From Candidatus Bathyarchaeota archaeon (GTDB lineage Archaea; Thermoproteota; Bathyarchaeia; 40CM-2-53-6): a stretch of DNA of 64,000 bases. The position numbers were made by a program, and so were the translations under genes. The stretch spans positions 128,499 through 192,498 of the forward strand of contig CAWHWX010000018.1 of NCBI GenBank assembly GCA_963833125.1, given 5' to 3'. Position 1 is the first letter of the stretch, and each line of letters opens with the position of its first letter. This document shows positions 1 through 9,230 of the stretch, in pieces. The notes under the pieces were generated by a model. The model was not told the DNA's origin and searched no databases. It saw nothing but the letters and a program-made list of their open reading frames with translations.

Positions 1-268
1 CCGAGAAGAAAAGCTCTTGCAACGTAACTTTTGCCTACCCCCCTCGGATTCGCTGAGCTTACAAGAATGAGGCGAGAGCGAAAGACTGAATCCTTTGTCT
101 ACGTAGACAATTGACGGTGTTTCCCAAGCGGAATAGCGGTGGAATTTGAAAGTTCACTTTAGTCGTCAGAAGTGTGGGTGTGCGCACCACATTTTAAGTA
201 CAGATCTCACTATCTGTTCTTAAAATCTTCTAACATTTGCTGGATAAGAGTAGGAATGGAAGCTAGTT

Positions 269-688
269 TTGCCGAATAAAATAATGATTGTTGACGATAA
301 AAGGGACATGGCTGAGGCAGCTAGGATGGTTCTGGATATGGAGGGATACGAGGTCCTTGTCGCCTACGACGGAGAAGAAACCATCCGGAGGGCAGAGGCA
401 GAGCTACCTGACCTGATATTCTTAGATATGCACATGCCGGGCAAGAGCGGGGTGGAGGTCTGCAGGATTCTGAAAAGCAACACGAAGACAGGGCTTATTC
501 CTGTACTCCTCTTCACCGCTTCAGGTGTAAACATTGATGATCTTGTAGTTCAGGCTGGAGCTGACGGATTCTTCCGCAAACCGTTTGCTCCTGAAGACTT
601 AGTAGCAGAAGTCAAGAAACGTCTTGAACAGTCAAGAGCGAAGAAGCCTCTAATCAGTAAGGGGGCCACGCATAACAACCTATCATAA
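269..688 (+). CDS. Response regulator, stand-alone CheY-like receiver domain
   Basis: IMIVDD, DLIFLDMHMPGKSG (phospho-Asp), FTA and KPF receiver motifs. Confidence 0.92.
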   Translation: MPNKIMIVDDKRDMAEAARMVLDMEGYEVLVAYDGEETIRRAEAELPDLIFLDMHMPGKSGVEVCRILKSNTKTGLIPVLLFTASGVNIDDLVVQAGADGFFRKPFAPEDLVAEVKKRLEQSRAKKPLISKGATHNNLS

Positions 689-861
689 GATTCTGGGTGA
701 CGCTCTCGGCTGTGTGTTATCACCGGTGCGATCGGTCGAATTTGAACCGTGGCCGTTCGTAAAAGTGTGTCTGCGCACCATCAGACCCATACACGAGAGA
801 GACGATCGGCCACGAAACCCACAACTACGGGTTTCTGGGATGATAATTGAGTGTGCGATCC

Positions 862-1562
862 ATGCCACGGATTTCATTGATCGAGGATTTAGCTGCTCAA
901 CCGATACCCGCAGGTACAGTGCTACTAGTGGTCTTTGATCCATCTTCGCAATGGTATAACGCGATCATCACGATTACTGCGGGCTGGCTGAAACAGGGAG
1001 GAAAAGTTGACTATAGCGCCTACACCGAGCCGCCCGAAGCTGTCCGCCTCAAACTAAGTCGACTGGGAGTTAACGCTAGGCAGCTAGAGATGGAGGAGAG
1101 ACTCCAGATCAACGACTGGTACACCGCAACACTCGGGGAGAAATCCAAAGAGAAGCACTCCTTCCCATCACTCAAAGTCTCCGAGCTAAGCTCATTCTTC
1201 TCCAAACTAGAAATACCAGCCAGCCCGAACCGGGGTGGCTGAACATCTCGGATAACACTTCCACCGTGGCGAAATTCAACGATGAAAAGAGTTGGGTAGA
1301 ATATGTGCTAATGTGGCCTCTTCGAATGGGCCGCATTCGTGGACACACTATGGTTCGTGGTCTAATGGACGGCGTTCACAGCGATTGGGCGTACAAGCAA
1401 CTGGAGTCTGCTCATGACGGCATCATTGACTTCAAGTTCGACAAAACAAGCGACCCGCCTAGAAATCAAATGAGAATAAGAACGATGCGAAACGTTCCAT
1501 TTGATGGAAACTGGCATCAACTCAAGACCAGCGAAAACTTCGAAGTCAAGTTAGAAACGTAG
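862..1562 (+). CDS. KaiC/RAD55-like RecA-fold protein with degenerate Walker A (frameshifted near 1240)
   Basis: PIPAGTVLLVVFDPSSQW in place of the P-loop; HDGIIDFK...RNQMRIRTMRNVPFD C-terminus typical of KaiC-like proteins; two ORFs join. Confidence 0.75.
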
Positions 1563-2092
1563 CTACCCACTGGCCTTGTCGGGTGTGTGAGTCTGGGCCT
1601 CGTACCATTTCTCGTCTGCCAGAACGACGGAGGTCTCGACTTGGCGTTCCGGGTATAGACCAGTATTCTCTCAATAGGCGGTCTTTCGTTTCTTTGTTGA
1701 CCTGTCGAAAGCCACGTTTTTCGTAGAATCGAATCGCCCATACAGCGTCTGCCCACGTGCCGACCAGAGAGAGGACGGGCAGTAGTTTGGGAGTGGAGGT
1801 GTGATAGTAATTTTCCACCTATGCCTTGGTTACGGTTCGTTGTGCGAACGTATGCGTGTCTGATCAGACTGACGTCCTTCACATCCTGAATACCCATAAC
1901 GCCGATCAACTGGTCGTCTTCCTCGTATCCCCAGAAGACGACACCCTCTTTCATCTCCAGAGACAGCTCCTCTTTGGACATGTAGGGCTCCTTCCAACGA
2001 TCAACGGGTATGACGCCCTCGTACGCTCGCGCCGCATCGTTGATGATTACAAAGATTTCGTCAAAATCGCTATCGATACATCTGCGAATCAT
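1563..2092 (-). CDS. GNAT family N-acetyltransferase (frameshifted)
   Basis: IRHAYVRTTNRNQGIGGKLL acetyl-CoA motif; VGTWADAVWAIRFYEKRGF in the next frame. Confidence 0.85.
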
Positions 2093-2294
2093 GGATCCTG
2101 CTCCTCGATTGTGTACTTGCTGGATTTAGTAACAACGCCCTCAGCCGCCGTATCAGGAATCATAGAAAGCAAGTACGTGTTTTTCGTTTAAGCATTCACC
2201 TCGCCGCTTCAAGTCACAGCGGTGACTCAAGCGCGGGGCTTGAAGGAAGAGATATTGCTTTTTAGTTTGCTTACCATAAGATTTCTGAAGGCTT

Positions 2295-3383
2295 ATGGCG
2301 AATACGATCGCGCAAAACATTGTTCATCAGTCGCTACGGATTAAAGAGAATGATGTTGTTCTCGTAACGGCGGCCAAACACATGTTAGGTTTGGCTGATG
2401 AGATCGTCATGGAGTGTCGCAAAGCTGGGGCTGAAACTACGACGGTATACTGGAGTGAACCCGTTTGGTACTGGTCCCTCCAAGAGCTTCCTCTGGATTG
2501 GTTGCGCGGTGCCTCGAAAATCGATTTGACGCTTCTTGACGTGATAACAGCCACTATTGGCATTGGAGGAGTAGCGGATCCACGACCAATGGGAAAGGTT
2601 TCCTCGGAAAGATGGGAAGCCAACAGTGAGGGTGCTGATCACTGGTATCGAAAGTATGTCGACCGAAAGGTTAGGGGAGTCAATCTCGACCTAACTACTG
2701 TGACTCCCCAACGGGCGCGAGCCTACGGCTTCCCATTCGCAGGATGGAAGAAAGCAACAGAAGCAGCCCTAAGAGCAGACTATTCGAAAATCGCTTCCAC
2801 AGGAAAGCAAGCCCGCGAGCTCCTGGATAATTCCACTTCCGACGTAAGGATCACTGCAAAGAACGGCACGGATCTCACTTTTCGCTTGGCTGGGCGAAAG
2901 CCTTGGGTCGACGACGGCATACTTGACGAAGCAGATCTATCGGCAGGAACTTTCGAAACGAACCTGCCCGCCGGCTACATTGCTATAGCTCCAGACGAGA
3001 ACAGCGCCAACGGCAAAGTAACATTCGATCTCCCAATTCCGCAAAGAGGAAAACTAATCCAAGGCCTCTCATGGTCCTTCGAGAACGGCCAAGTCACCAA
3101 ATTCACTGCAACCAAGAATGGCGATATGACGATCCCCATCTGGGAAAAGGCAACCGGAGACAAGAGTCGATTTGGATGGTTTGCAATAGGCTTCAACGAC
3201 GCCGCGAAAACCGGTTTCCTCAACAACACCATCCCACGCGGTGCGGTGACTCTCGGAATAGGAGAAAACAAGTTGATCGGAGGCCAAAACCAAAGCACCT
3301 TCGCTTTCCAAGCCGCACTAAAGAAATCAACGGTCGTCATAGGTGGACAAACGATAGTGGCTGATGGAAAGCTCAGTCTGTAA
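2295..3383 (+). CDS. Aminopeptidase, peptidase M29 (thermophilic metalloprotease)-like
   Basis: NGTDLTF, DDG, NLPAG, GAVTLGIGEN motifs; several usual metal ligands appear substituted. Confidence 0.75.
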   Translation: MANTIAQNIVHQSLRIKENDVVLVTAAKHMLGLADEIVMECRKAGAETTTVYWSEPVWYWSLQELPLDWLRGASKIDLTLLDVITATIGIGGVADPRPMGKVSSERWEANSEGADHWYRKYVDRKVRGVNLDLTTVTPQRARAYGFPFAGWKKATEAALRADYSKIASTGKQARELLDNSTSDVRITAKNGTDLTFRLAGRKPWVDDGILDEADLSAGTFETNLPAGYIAIAPDENSANGKVTFDLPIPQRGKLIQGLSWSFENGQVTKFTATKNGDMTIPIWEKATGDKSRFGWFAIGFNDAAKTGFLNNTIPRGAVTLGIGENKLIGGQNQSTFAFQAALKKSTVVIGGQTIVADGKLSL

Positions 3384-3501
3384 CCTAGCTACCCCGAAGC
3401 CTGTCTCGCTAAAATCGAGTGCGGGTTCTCTGCAGCCGGAAGCCTCATCCCGCGTCTTAAAGATGTGCCCTTGCCTGTGAGTCCGCTCGGATTCTGATGC
3501 T

Positions 3502-3688
3502 TCATACCGTTGGGAGGTATTGTCGGATTAGCAGGCCGCATCTCTGACATCGGACGAGTCGAAGTAACATCCCATCCTTGTCAAAGTCCTGCCCAATCTC
3601 ATGTATCATACTATGTTGGCAGACCTCAGGCGGTTCGAGTTCAGCAGCGCTGGCTGACGCTTCCTCGTCGAACTACTAGCCTACTCAT
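3502..3688 (-). CDS. Putative zinc-ribbon microprotein (one frameshift)
   Basis: Manual translation ...PEVCQHSMIHEIGQDFDKDGMLLRLVRCQRCGLLIRQYLPTV* (CxH...CxxC). Confidence 0.45.
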
Positions 3689-3822
3689 CACAACCACACC
3701 TGCTAGCCTAATGTGGTCGCTAATTTTCAGCTCTTGTGGCGCTTTCTACTTTCTCGACATGTGCTATTAAGCCAAGAACAGGCTGCGCGGTCGTGGCTTC
3801 TAAATCGAGGGTGTGTTAAACA

Positions 3823-4008
3823 GGTAACGTCAACTTGTTGGTTGCTGCTGCAAACCGCTTCGTTTGGGGGGATCGGGGCGTAAAATGGGGCGAGGGGTAT
3901 CTTCGTTTGGCACCGTTTGGCTCCACCCCTCGAGGGGTGGATCCACCCCACTTAATTCCGCACAGAAAACAGGAGGAATCTCTTAACAACCGTTAACTTG
4001 ACGTTACC
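3823..4008. mobile_element. MITE copy 1 (186 bp, non-autonomous IS derivative)
   Basis: 11-bp perfect TIR GGTAACGTCAA...TTGACGTTACC; 8-bp direct repeat GTTAAACA at 3815-3822 and 4009-4016; homologous copy at ~51960-52146. Confidence 0.9.
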
Positions 4009-4049
4009 GTTAAACAGGTGTTTAGCACCCTGCGCCGTCTGTGGTTGTT

Positions 4050-4415
4050 CTACTTCAATCCCCAGGCCGCCCATGCCGCTGCGAGTGAGAAGATTGTCAC
4101 GTTGATCGCGGCTCCAACAAATCCTAGGCCGAAGATGATCACGCTGGGAACCGCGAATGCCAAGCCTACAACTATGCCTGCAAGGATTGCTTCTTGCACA
4201 GACCCCTTGGCCATTTTTACTCCGAAACCTGCCCAAACAGCGAGCAGTAAGCCAAGAGTAGTAGCGATCGAGTAGATGTTAGCTGAAAGCTCGAGACCTG
4301 CAGCTGGGTCCACGAGCGCGGCCACGCGGAATAGCACGATTGTTATTATCCAGACAACAGCTGGCCAAGTAACCGCCGCCCTAATTTTCTCGGAATTAGA
4401 TGATGATGACGCCAA
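4050..4415 (-). CDS. Hypothetical membrane protein (~4 TM)
   Basis: Four hydrophobic segments in a 121-aa ORF. Confidence 0.7.
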   Translation of the reverse strand: MASSSSNSEKIRAAVTWPAVVWIITIVLFRVAALVDPAAGLELSANIYSIATTLGLLLAVWAGFGVKMAKGSVQEAILAGIVVGLAFAVPSVIIFGLGFVGAAINVTIFSLAAAWAAWGLK

Positions 4416-4529
4416 CAGTCAACTCCCGAATTCCTTCGAGGCTTCATGCTCATATTATATATGCAGTTCCGTCCCATGGAAAATGTTTCCATACATCTAC
4501 CCCTCCAACCATAGGAATCTGAAGAGATT

Positions 4530-4727
4530 ATGAAATGTCCATACTGCGGTCTGCCAATGGATTTTGTCGCAAGATACCTTATGGATGTACGGTTAGAGAG
4601 CGCTGCTCCGGGACACGTGAAGGATTTTGAGGCTTGGCGCTGCGAGAAATGCGCTAAACTCTTCGTTGACCCTGGGGACGGAAAACCTCACGAAACCGAG
4701 AGATTGCCCAAAGATACTCTGCCCTAA
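4530..4727 (+). CDS. CPxCG zinc-ribbon small protein
   Basis: MKCPYCG...WRCEKC. Confidence 0.7.
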   Translation: MKCPYCGLPMDFVARYLMDVRLESAAPGHVKDFEAWRCEKCAKLFVDPGDGKPHETERLPKDTLP

Positions 4728-5107
4728 CCGCCTTTGAATTTGTCGGCAATCGATTTCAATTCGCCATGTTCGAGAACCTGAATCTTAGTGTCTAACCGAA
4801 CATCAAGGCCAATTTGGCGAAGCAACCCAAACAACTGTTCTCCAGTTATCTGTCCTCTAACCTGACCATATTGAACGAGTCCAGCGAGTTCTAGGAAAAC
4901 CTGATCGGCAATTACCGGATACTGAGCCCTCGCCGCGTTGTAAACCTCCCAGGCGCGTCCGACGAAGACTTTTTCAAAGACCTTGCTCGGCTCGATCCTT
5001 CCAGTTGGGGCGGCGCTACTCTGCTGCTTCGCTGTCACCCGTTTCTGCATTTCTGCTAGCCGTTGCCGCTTCAGCCGTTCGAGTTCCGAGTCGTCGGTCA
5101 TAATCAA
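4724..5107 (-). CDS. PDCD5/dsDNA-binding family paralogue
   Basis: DDSELERLKRQRLAEMQ N-terminus; ITGEQLFGLLRQIG. Confidence 0.75.
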   Translation of the reverse strand: MIMTDDSELERLKRQRLAEMQKRVTAKQQSSAAPTGRIEPSKVFEKVFVGRAWEVYNAARAQYPVIADQVFLELAGLVQYGQVRGQITGEQLFGLLRQIGLDVRLDTKIQVLEHGELKSIADKFKGG

Positions 5108-5829
5108 TCATTTCTGTTTTTGATTCGGTTCTGGGCGACGCCTATGGACCATTCGAAGTCATAAACAAAACGGCCCGCGACAACCCATGCGTCTAGAGAC
5201 TCACGATCAACCGAGCACATCTCGTTTAGCAGGCTTTGCGTCTCCCTCCCGAAGTGTCCTCGGGGAAAGCCACCGACGAACACTAATGGGTTCTCAAGTT
5301 TGCGCATTCGTTCTGCGACACTACGCATCAGGACCGGGTTCCCAAGGATGCTGAAGCCAAGCACGTTGTTCGCATGGGTAGTTCGCACAAGCTCCTGCAA
5401 GCCGCCTTTTTCGAGTTGCATCAACGGCTCTCCCTCCTCGGGAACTCGTTTCTGAGCGAACAGCTGCTCGATAAGTCCTACAAACCGTACGTAGTTCTTT
5501 GGCAAGCGTATTTTTGGATTTATTGAAATCACATAATCGTCCTGTGTGTGAACGAAAACGCGTAGGCCTCCTTCCCAGTTGAGGGGGGTCTCAATGATCT
5601 GAAGCAGAACGTTGTGAACTATGTCCGGTCTCCCCATCTTCTCCACTGGTACACGATGATCTTTCCGCGCAAGCTGCTGCATTGCCGCATGGTGGAATGC
5701 TCTGTCAAGCAGAACCTCCTCTGGTTTCTTCTCCCGCCGCTCTGCATACCTCTTGATTTGCACATGGGACCGAATCTCCGGTGGGACAATCTGAAGAGCC
5801 GATTCGACTAGGACCAAGGTCAAGGCCAA
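5104..5829 (-). CDS. nep1: 16S rRNA pseudouridine N1-methyltransferase Nep1/Emg1
   Basis: LLDRAFHHAAM, GRPDIVH, RLPKNYVRFVGLIEQL, VGGFPRGHF. Confidence 0.93.
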   Translation of the reverse strand: MALTLVLVESALQIVPPEIRSHVQIKRYAERREKKPEEVLLDRAFHHAAMQQLARKDHRVPVEKMGRPDIVHNVLLQIIETPLNWEGGLRVFVHTQDDYVISINPKIRLPKNYVRFVGLIEQLFAQKRVPEEGEPLMQLEKGGLQELVRTTHANNVLGFSILGNPVLMRSVAERMRKLENPLVFVGGFPRGHFGRETQSLLNEMCSVDRESLDAWVVAGRFVYDFEWSIGVAQNRIKNRND

Positions 5830-5911
5830 TGATGCATCGAACTAACTCTCTCCATCCAGCCCACAAAAAGGTTACAAGACCATTTCGAGAGAGTGGAATC
5901 TGGTCGGTTCT

Positions 5912-6250
5912 TTGGCTTGGAGAAAGGGTGGAAATACTAGGGAAATCGCTCGAGAGAGGATAGAGATCCTCTTCACTCACGCCCAAAGAATTTTCCCCAA
6001 GAATCGAACCCTAGCCAATCGTTACATTGAGCTTGCACGAAGAATTGGAATGAAGGCAGGCGTCCGATTAACGAGAGAACAAAAACTCAGGATCTGCAAA
6101 GGGTGCGGGGGTTTTCTGGTTCCGGGTGTAAATTGTAGGGTCAGGACGAGGTCCGAATTTGGGACAACGGTCTTAATTACGTGCCTCGATTGCGGAACAA
6201 AGAAGAGATACCCAACAGTGAGGGAACGACTTTCGAAAAAGACCGGTTGA
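5912..6250 (+). CDS. rnp4: RNase P protein component 4 (Rpp21)
   Basis: IARERIEILF, RYIELARRIG, ICKGC...CLDCG. Confidence 0.93.
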   Translation: MAWRKGGNTREIARERIEILFTHAQRIFPKNRTLANRYIELARRIGMKAGVRLTREQKLRICKGCGGFLVPGVNCRVRTRSEFGTTVLITCLDCGTKKRYPTVRERLSKKTG

Positions 6251-6555
6251 GAAGGCTTCAGTCTAGATCGAGAAAAATGGACCCGACGATCTGGATAGGA
6301 AAGGAGGGTGCATCAGAGGCCTTGATGAAGCAAGTACAGAACCAGCTGAAGTCCCGCGAACTAGTCAAATTGAAGATCCAGAAGTCGGCGCTTTCGGAAA
6401 CCGGGACGGTTGATATTGCCGAGAAAGTTGTTGCGACCACTGGTTCGACCCTGGTTGAGGTGATGGGACACACCTTTACGGTTTACAAACGAAAGGAAGT
6501 TCAGAAAGTTGTAAAGAGCGATGCGGTTCCGTTCAGAAAGCGGTTCAAGTGGTAA
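6181..6555 (+). CDS. YhbY/CRS1 RNA-binding protein (true start uncertain)
   Basis: PTIWIGKEG...ELVKLKI...VMGHTFTVYK; conserved position between rnp4 and rps19e. Confidence 0.88.
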   Translation: MPRLRNKEEIPNSEGTTFEKDRLRRLQSRSRKMDPTIWIGKEGASEALMKQVQNQLKSRELVKLKIQKSALSETGTVDIAEKVVATTGSTLVEVMGHTFTVYKRKEVQKVVKSDAVPFRKRFKW

Positions 6556-6614
6556 ACTAGAGTTATATATTGCTCTCCGAATCTAGCCTCTTCGCTATCA
6601 GCCGGAAAAATTCC

Positions 6615-7058
6615 ATGCCAACACCACTAGATGTCCCTTCAGACGCCCTAATCGACCGGCTGTCGAAATTCCTGAAGGAGAATGTAGGTGAAGTTGCCCC
6701 GCCAGTTTGGGCAGCAAACGCGAAGACGGGATCTCACCGGGAACGTCCACCGTCGAGTCCAGATTGGTGGTATACCCGTTGCGCCTCACTCCTACGAAAG
6801 TTATACATTCACGGCCCGGTCGGAATAGCTCGTTTACGGGTCGAGTATGGGGGACGCCTTCGCCATGGGACTCATATCGAACATTCCCGCGTCGCAGGTG
6901 GTTCCGCCATCCGAGAACCACTACAACAACTCCAGAAAGCTGGTTTCATATCTATAGAGGCGAAGCAGGGCAGAAAGCTGACCGCTGAAGGTATTAGTCT
7001 TCTCAACCGAATGGCCGCCGACATTCTCAAGGGTGCCAGGAAGACGGAAGGCCAGTAA
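6615..7058 (+). CDS. rps19e: 30S ribosomal protein S19e
   Basis: KTGSHRERPP, DWWYTRCASLLRKLY, YGGR, GRKLT. Confidence 0.97.
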   Translation: MPTPLDVPSDALIDRLSKFLKENVGEVAPPVWAANAKTGSHRERPPSSPDWWYTRCASLLRKLYIHGPVGIARLRVEYGGRLRHGTHIEHSRVAGGSAIREPLQQLQKAGFISIEAKQGRKLTAEGISLLNRMAADILKGARKTEGQ

Positions 7059-7408
7059 TGATGAGCAATGAGGACGACTACTCCGACGAAGAACTCACAG
7101 AAATAAGGCGAAGGAGATACTCGGATCTACAGCGTGCTGCAGTAGATGAGCAAAGGCAGTCAGAATCTCGAAGACAATTTGAAGCCCAAAAGCAAGCCGC
7201 CCTGAAACAAATCATGACCCCCGAGGCAAGACAAAGGTTGACAAACATTCGAATGGTAAAACCCGAATTCGCGGAACAGATAGAAATGCAACTCATACAA
7301 CTCGCCCAAGCAGGAAGGATCAAGGTTCCGATTTCAGACGATCAACTTAAGGAAGCATTAGTGCGATTGCAGTCATCGCGAAAGGAAATTAAGATTAGGA
7401 GAGCTTAG
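7058..7408 (+). CDS. PDCD5-family DNA-binding protein
   Basis: MTPEARQRLTNIRMVKPEFAEQIEMQLIQLAQ. Confidence 0.94.
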   Translation: MMSNEDDYSDEELTEIRRRRYSDLQRAAVDEQRQSESRRQFEAQKQAALKQIMTPEARQRLTNIRMVKPEFAEQIEMQLIQLAQAGRIKVPISDDQLKEALVRLQSSRKEIKIRRA

Positions 7409-7411
7409 GTT

Positions 7412-7567
7412 ACGGCGAGAAACAAACCAACCGCGAGAAAACGGCGACTCGCCGCAGCCCTCAAGACTCGTAAACCCGTTCCAACCTGGGTCATGGCGAA
7501 AACTGACGGTCACACCAGAACACATCCAAAGAAAAGACATTGGCGCCGAACGAAACTGAAAGCTTAG
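7412..7567 (+). CDS. rpl39e: 50S ribosomal protein L39e (51 aa; first codon reads ACG)
   Basis: Manual translation [51 protein letters not shown]; canonical position; absent from the ORF track. Confidence 0.93.
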   Translation, partial: TARNKPTARKRRLAAALKTRKPVPTWVMAKTDGHTRTHPKKRHWRRTKLKA

Positions 7568-7580
7568 GAGAAAAAACTGA

Positions 7581-8029
7581 ATGAGCGAGACAGAGTCCAA
7601 AGAAGAGAACGCCGTCGAGGCTGAGGAAGAGGAAATCGAAGAAGCACCGACCGAGGAAGTCTCAACAGAGGAAACGGCCTCTCCCGAAGAGGAAGAAGCA
7701 TCGCCTGCAGAAACGGTTCCCGCTGCAGCTGAGGCCGAACCCACCCCCGAGGAGGGTGAAGAAGAAATTGAGGTCGTAGAGGAGAAGATCTACACAATCC
7801 CTCTACGCCACGTCCATGTCGTGACGCCGCGCGGAAAACGCGCCCCCGATCAGTGAGGGATGTGAGAGATTACGTCGCACGACATATGAAGTCGGATGAG
7901 GTTGTAATCAGCAACGAAATTAATTCAGAGCTGTGGGCGCGAGGCATCAACAAACCCCCGAGGAAGATCACGGTTCGCGCCGTCAAAGACAAGGAAGGCA
8001 AAGTCATAGTTTACCCGTCGAAAACCTAA
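7581..8029 (+). CDS. rpl31e: 50S ribosomal protein L31e with acidic N-terminal extension (frameshift near 7850)
   Basis: EKIYTIPLR...PRGKRAP / ISNEINSELWARGINKPPRKITVRAVKD. Confidence 0.92.
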
Positions 8030-8067
8030 GCCGCCGACTCGCTGGCTCGTGCGTTGGTAAGCTCGGA

Positions 8068-8727
8068 ATGTCCATAATTCTCGCGGATGTATTCGGTAGC
8101 CCGAACATCGGCGTCTACTGCTTCGCAAACGAAAACATTGCCATTGTTCCTCCAGGATTAACAAAGCGTAAGATCGGCCAGTTCGCTGAAACGCTAGACG
8201 TTGAAGTCTGCAGTACAACCATAGCCAGCTCCACTCTCGTGGGAGCAATGGTGACGGGGAACTCCAACGCCATCTTGGTTCCGCACACCATATCCGATTA
8301 TGAGTTGAAAAGAATAGAAGAGTTCGCGAAAGTTGTAATAGTAGATTCTAGATGGACTGCTCTAGGTAACGTCATCCTAACCAACGATAACGGCGCCGTC
8401 GTTCATCCAGAAGCCTCATCATACGTCTTGAGGGCTGTGAACGACGAGTTGAAAGTGAAGTCGGTTTCTGGCATGTTAGGAACGTTGCCATTCGTAGGCG
8501 CCCTCGGGGTCGCCACAAACAAAGGAGCAATGCTGAGCCCGAACACAACGCAGGAAGAACTCGACGTAGTCAAATCCGTTCTGCATGTTGAAACAGACCT
8601 GAGTTCAACGAATGGCGGCGTGCCCTTCGTCAAGTCAGGAATCCTCGCCAACTCAAAAGGTGCTGTCGTGGGCCCGTTGACGTGCGGTGCGGAACTGATG
8701 CAAATCAGTCGAACACTGGGACTCTAA
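8068..8727 (+). CDS. eif6: Translation initiation factor 6 (aIF6)
   Basis: FGSPNIGVY, ALGNVILTND, TNGGVPFVKSGILANSKG. Confidence 0.95.
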   Translation: MSIILADVFGSPNIGVYCFANENIAIVPPGLTKRKIGQFAETLDVEVCSTTIASSTLVGAMVTGNSNAILVPHTISDYELKRIEEFAKVVIVDSRWTALGNVILTNDNGAVVHPEASSYVLRAVNDELKVKSVSGMLGTLPFVGALGVATNKGAMLSPNTTQEELDVVKSVLHVETDLSSTNGGVPFVKSGILANSKGAVVGPLTCGAELMQISRTLGL

Positions 8728-8737
8728 AGCCAACGTC

Positions 8738-9230
8738 CTAGCTAGCTTTCTGGAATAACTGGTCCCATTTACCTTGGTCCAGTTCTTTCTGGACCTCGCG
8801 CGGGTCCTTGCCTTCGATCGTTATTCCTAAGCTGACACATGTTCCCATGACTTCCTTCGCAGCAGCCTTGGTTGATTTCGCGTAACTACTCGGCATTTTC
8901 ATTCCGCCTATCTTGGCAACCTGTTCCATCGTGAGGTTTCCAACCTTTTCCGCCTTCGGGTTACCAGATCCTTTCGAGATTCCAAGCTCCTTTACGACCA
9001 GAGCTGAGGTAGTAGGGGTTCCTATTTCAACCTCGAATTCCTTTGTGTCGACATCAACCACAACGCGGACGGGGACTTTCATGCCCGCGGTAGGCTTTGG
9101 TTAGTTCGTTTATCCGGTTGACGATTTGGAGCACATTCACTCCTAAGGGACCTAACGCAGGTCCTAGGGGTGGGCCGGCATTAGCCTCCCCTCCGTTTAA
9201 CAGCGCTTCAACTTGCTTCTTCTCGCCCAA
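8738..9230 (-). CDS. rpl11: 50S ribosomal protein L11 (frameshift near 9095)
   Basis: GGEANAGPPLGPALGPLGVN; MKVPVRVVVD; KEVMGTCVSLG. Confidence 0.96.

Noticed and set aside
3727-3951. ORFs sharing YxxIPPNEAVCSSNQQVD (also 51812-52063) as a protein family
   Set aside because: The shared peptide is just a translation of the MITE; starts and stops are not conserved between copies
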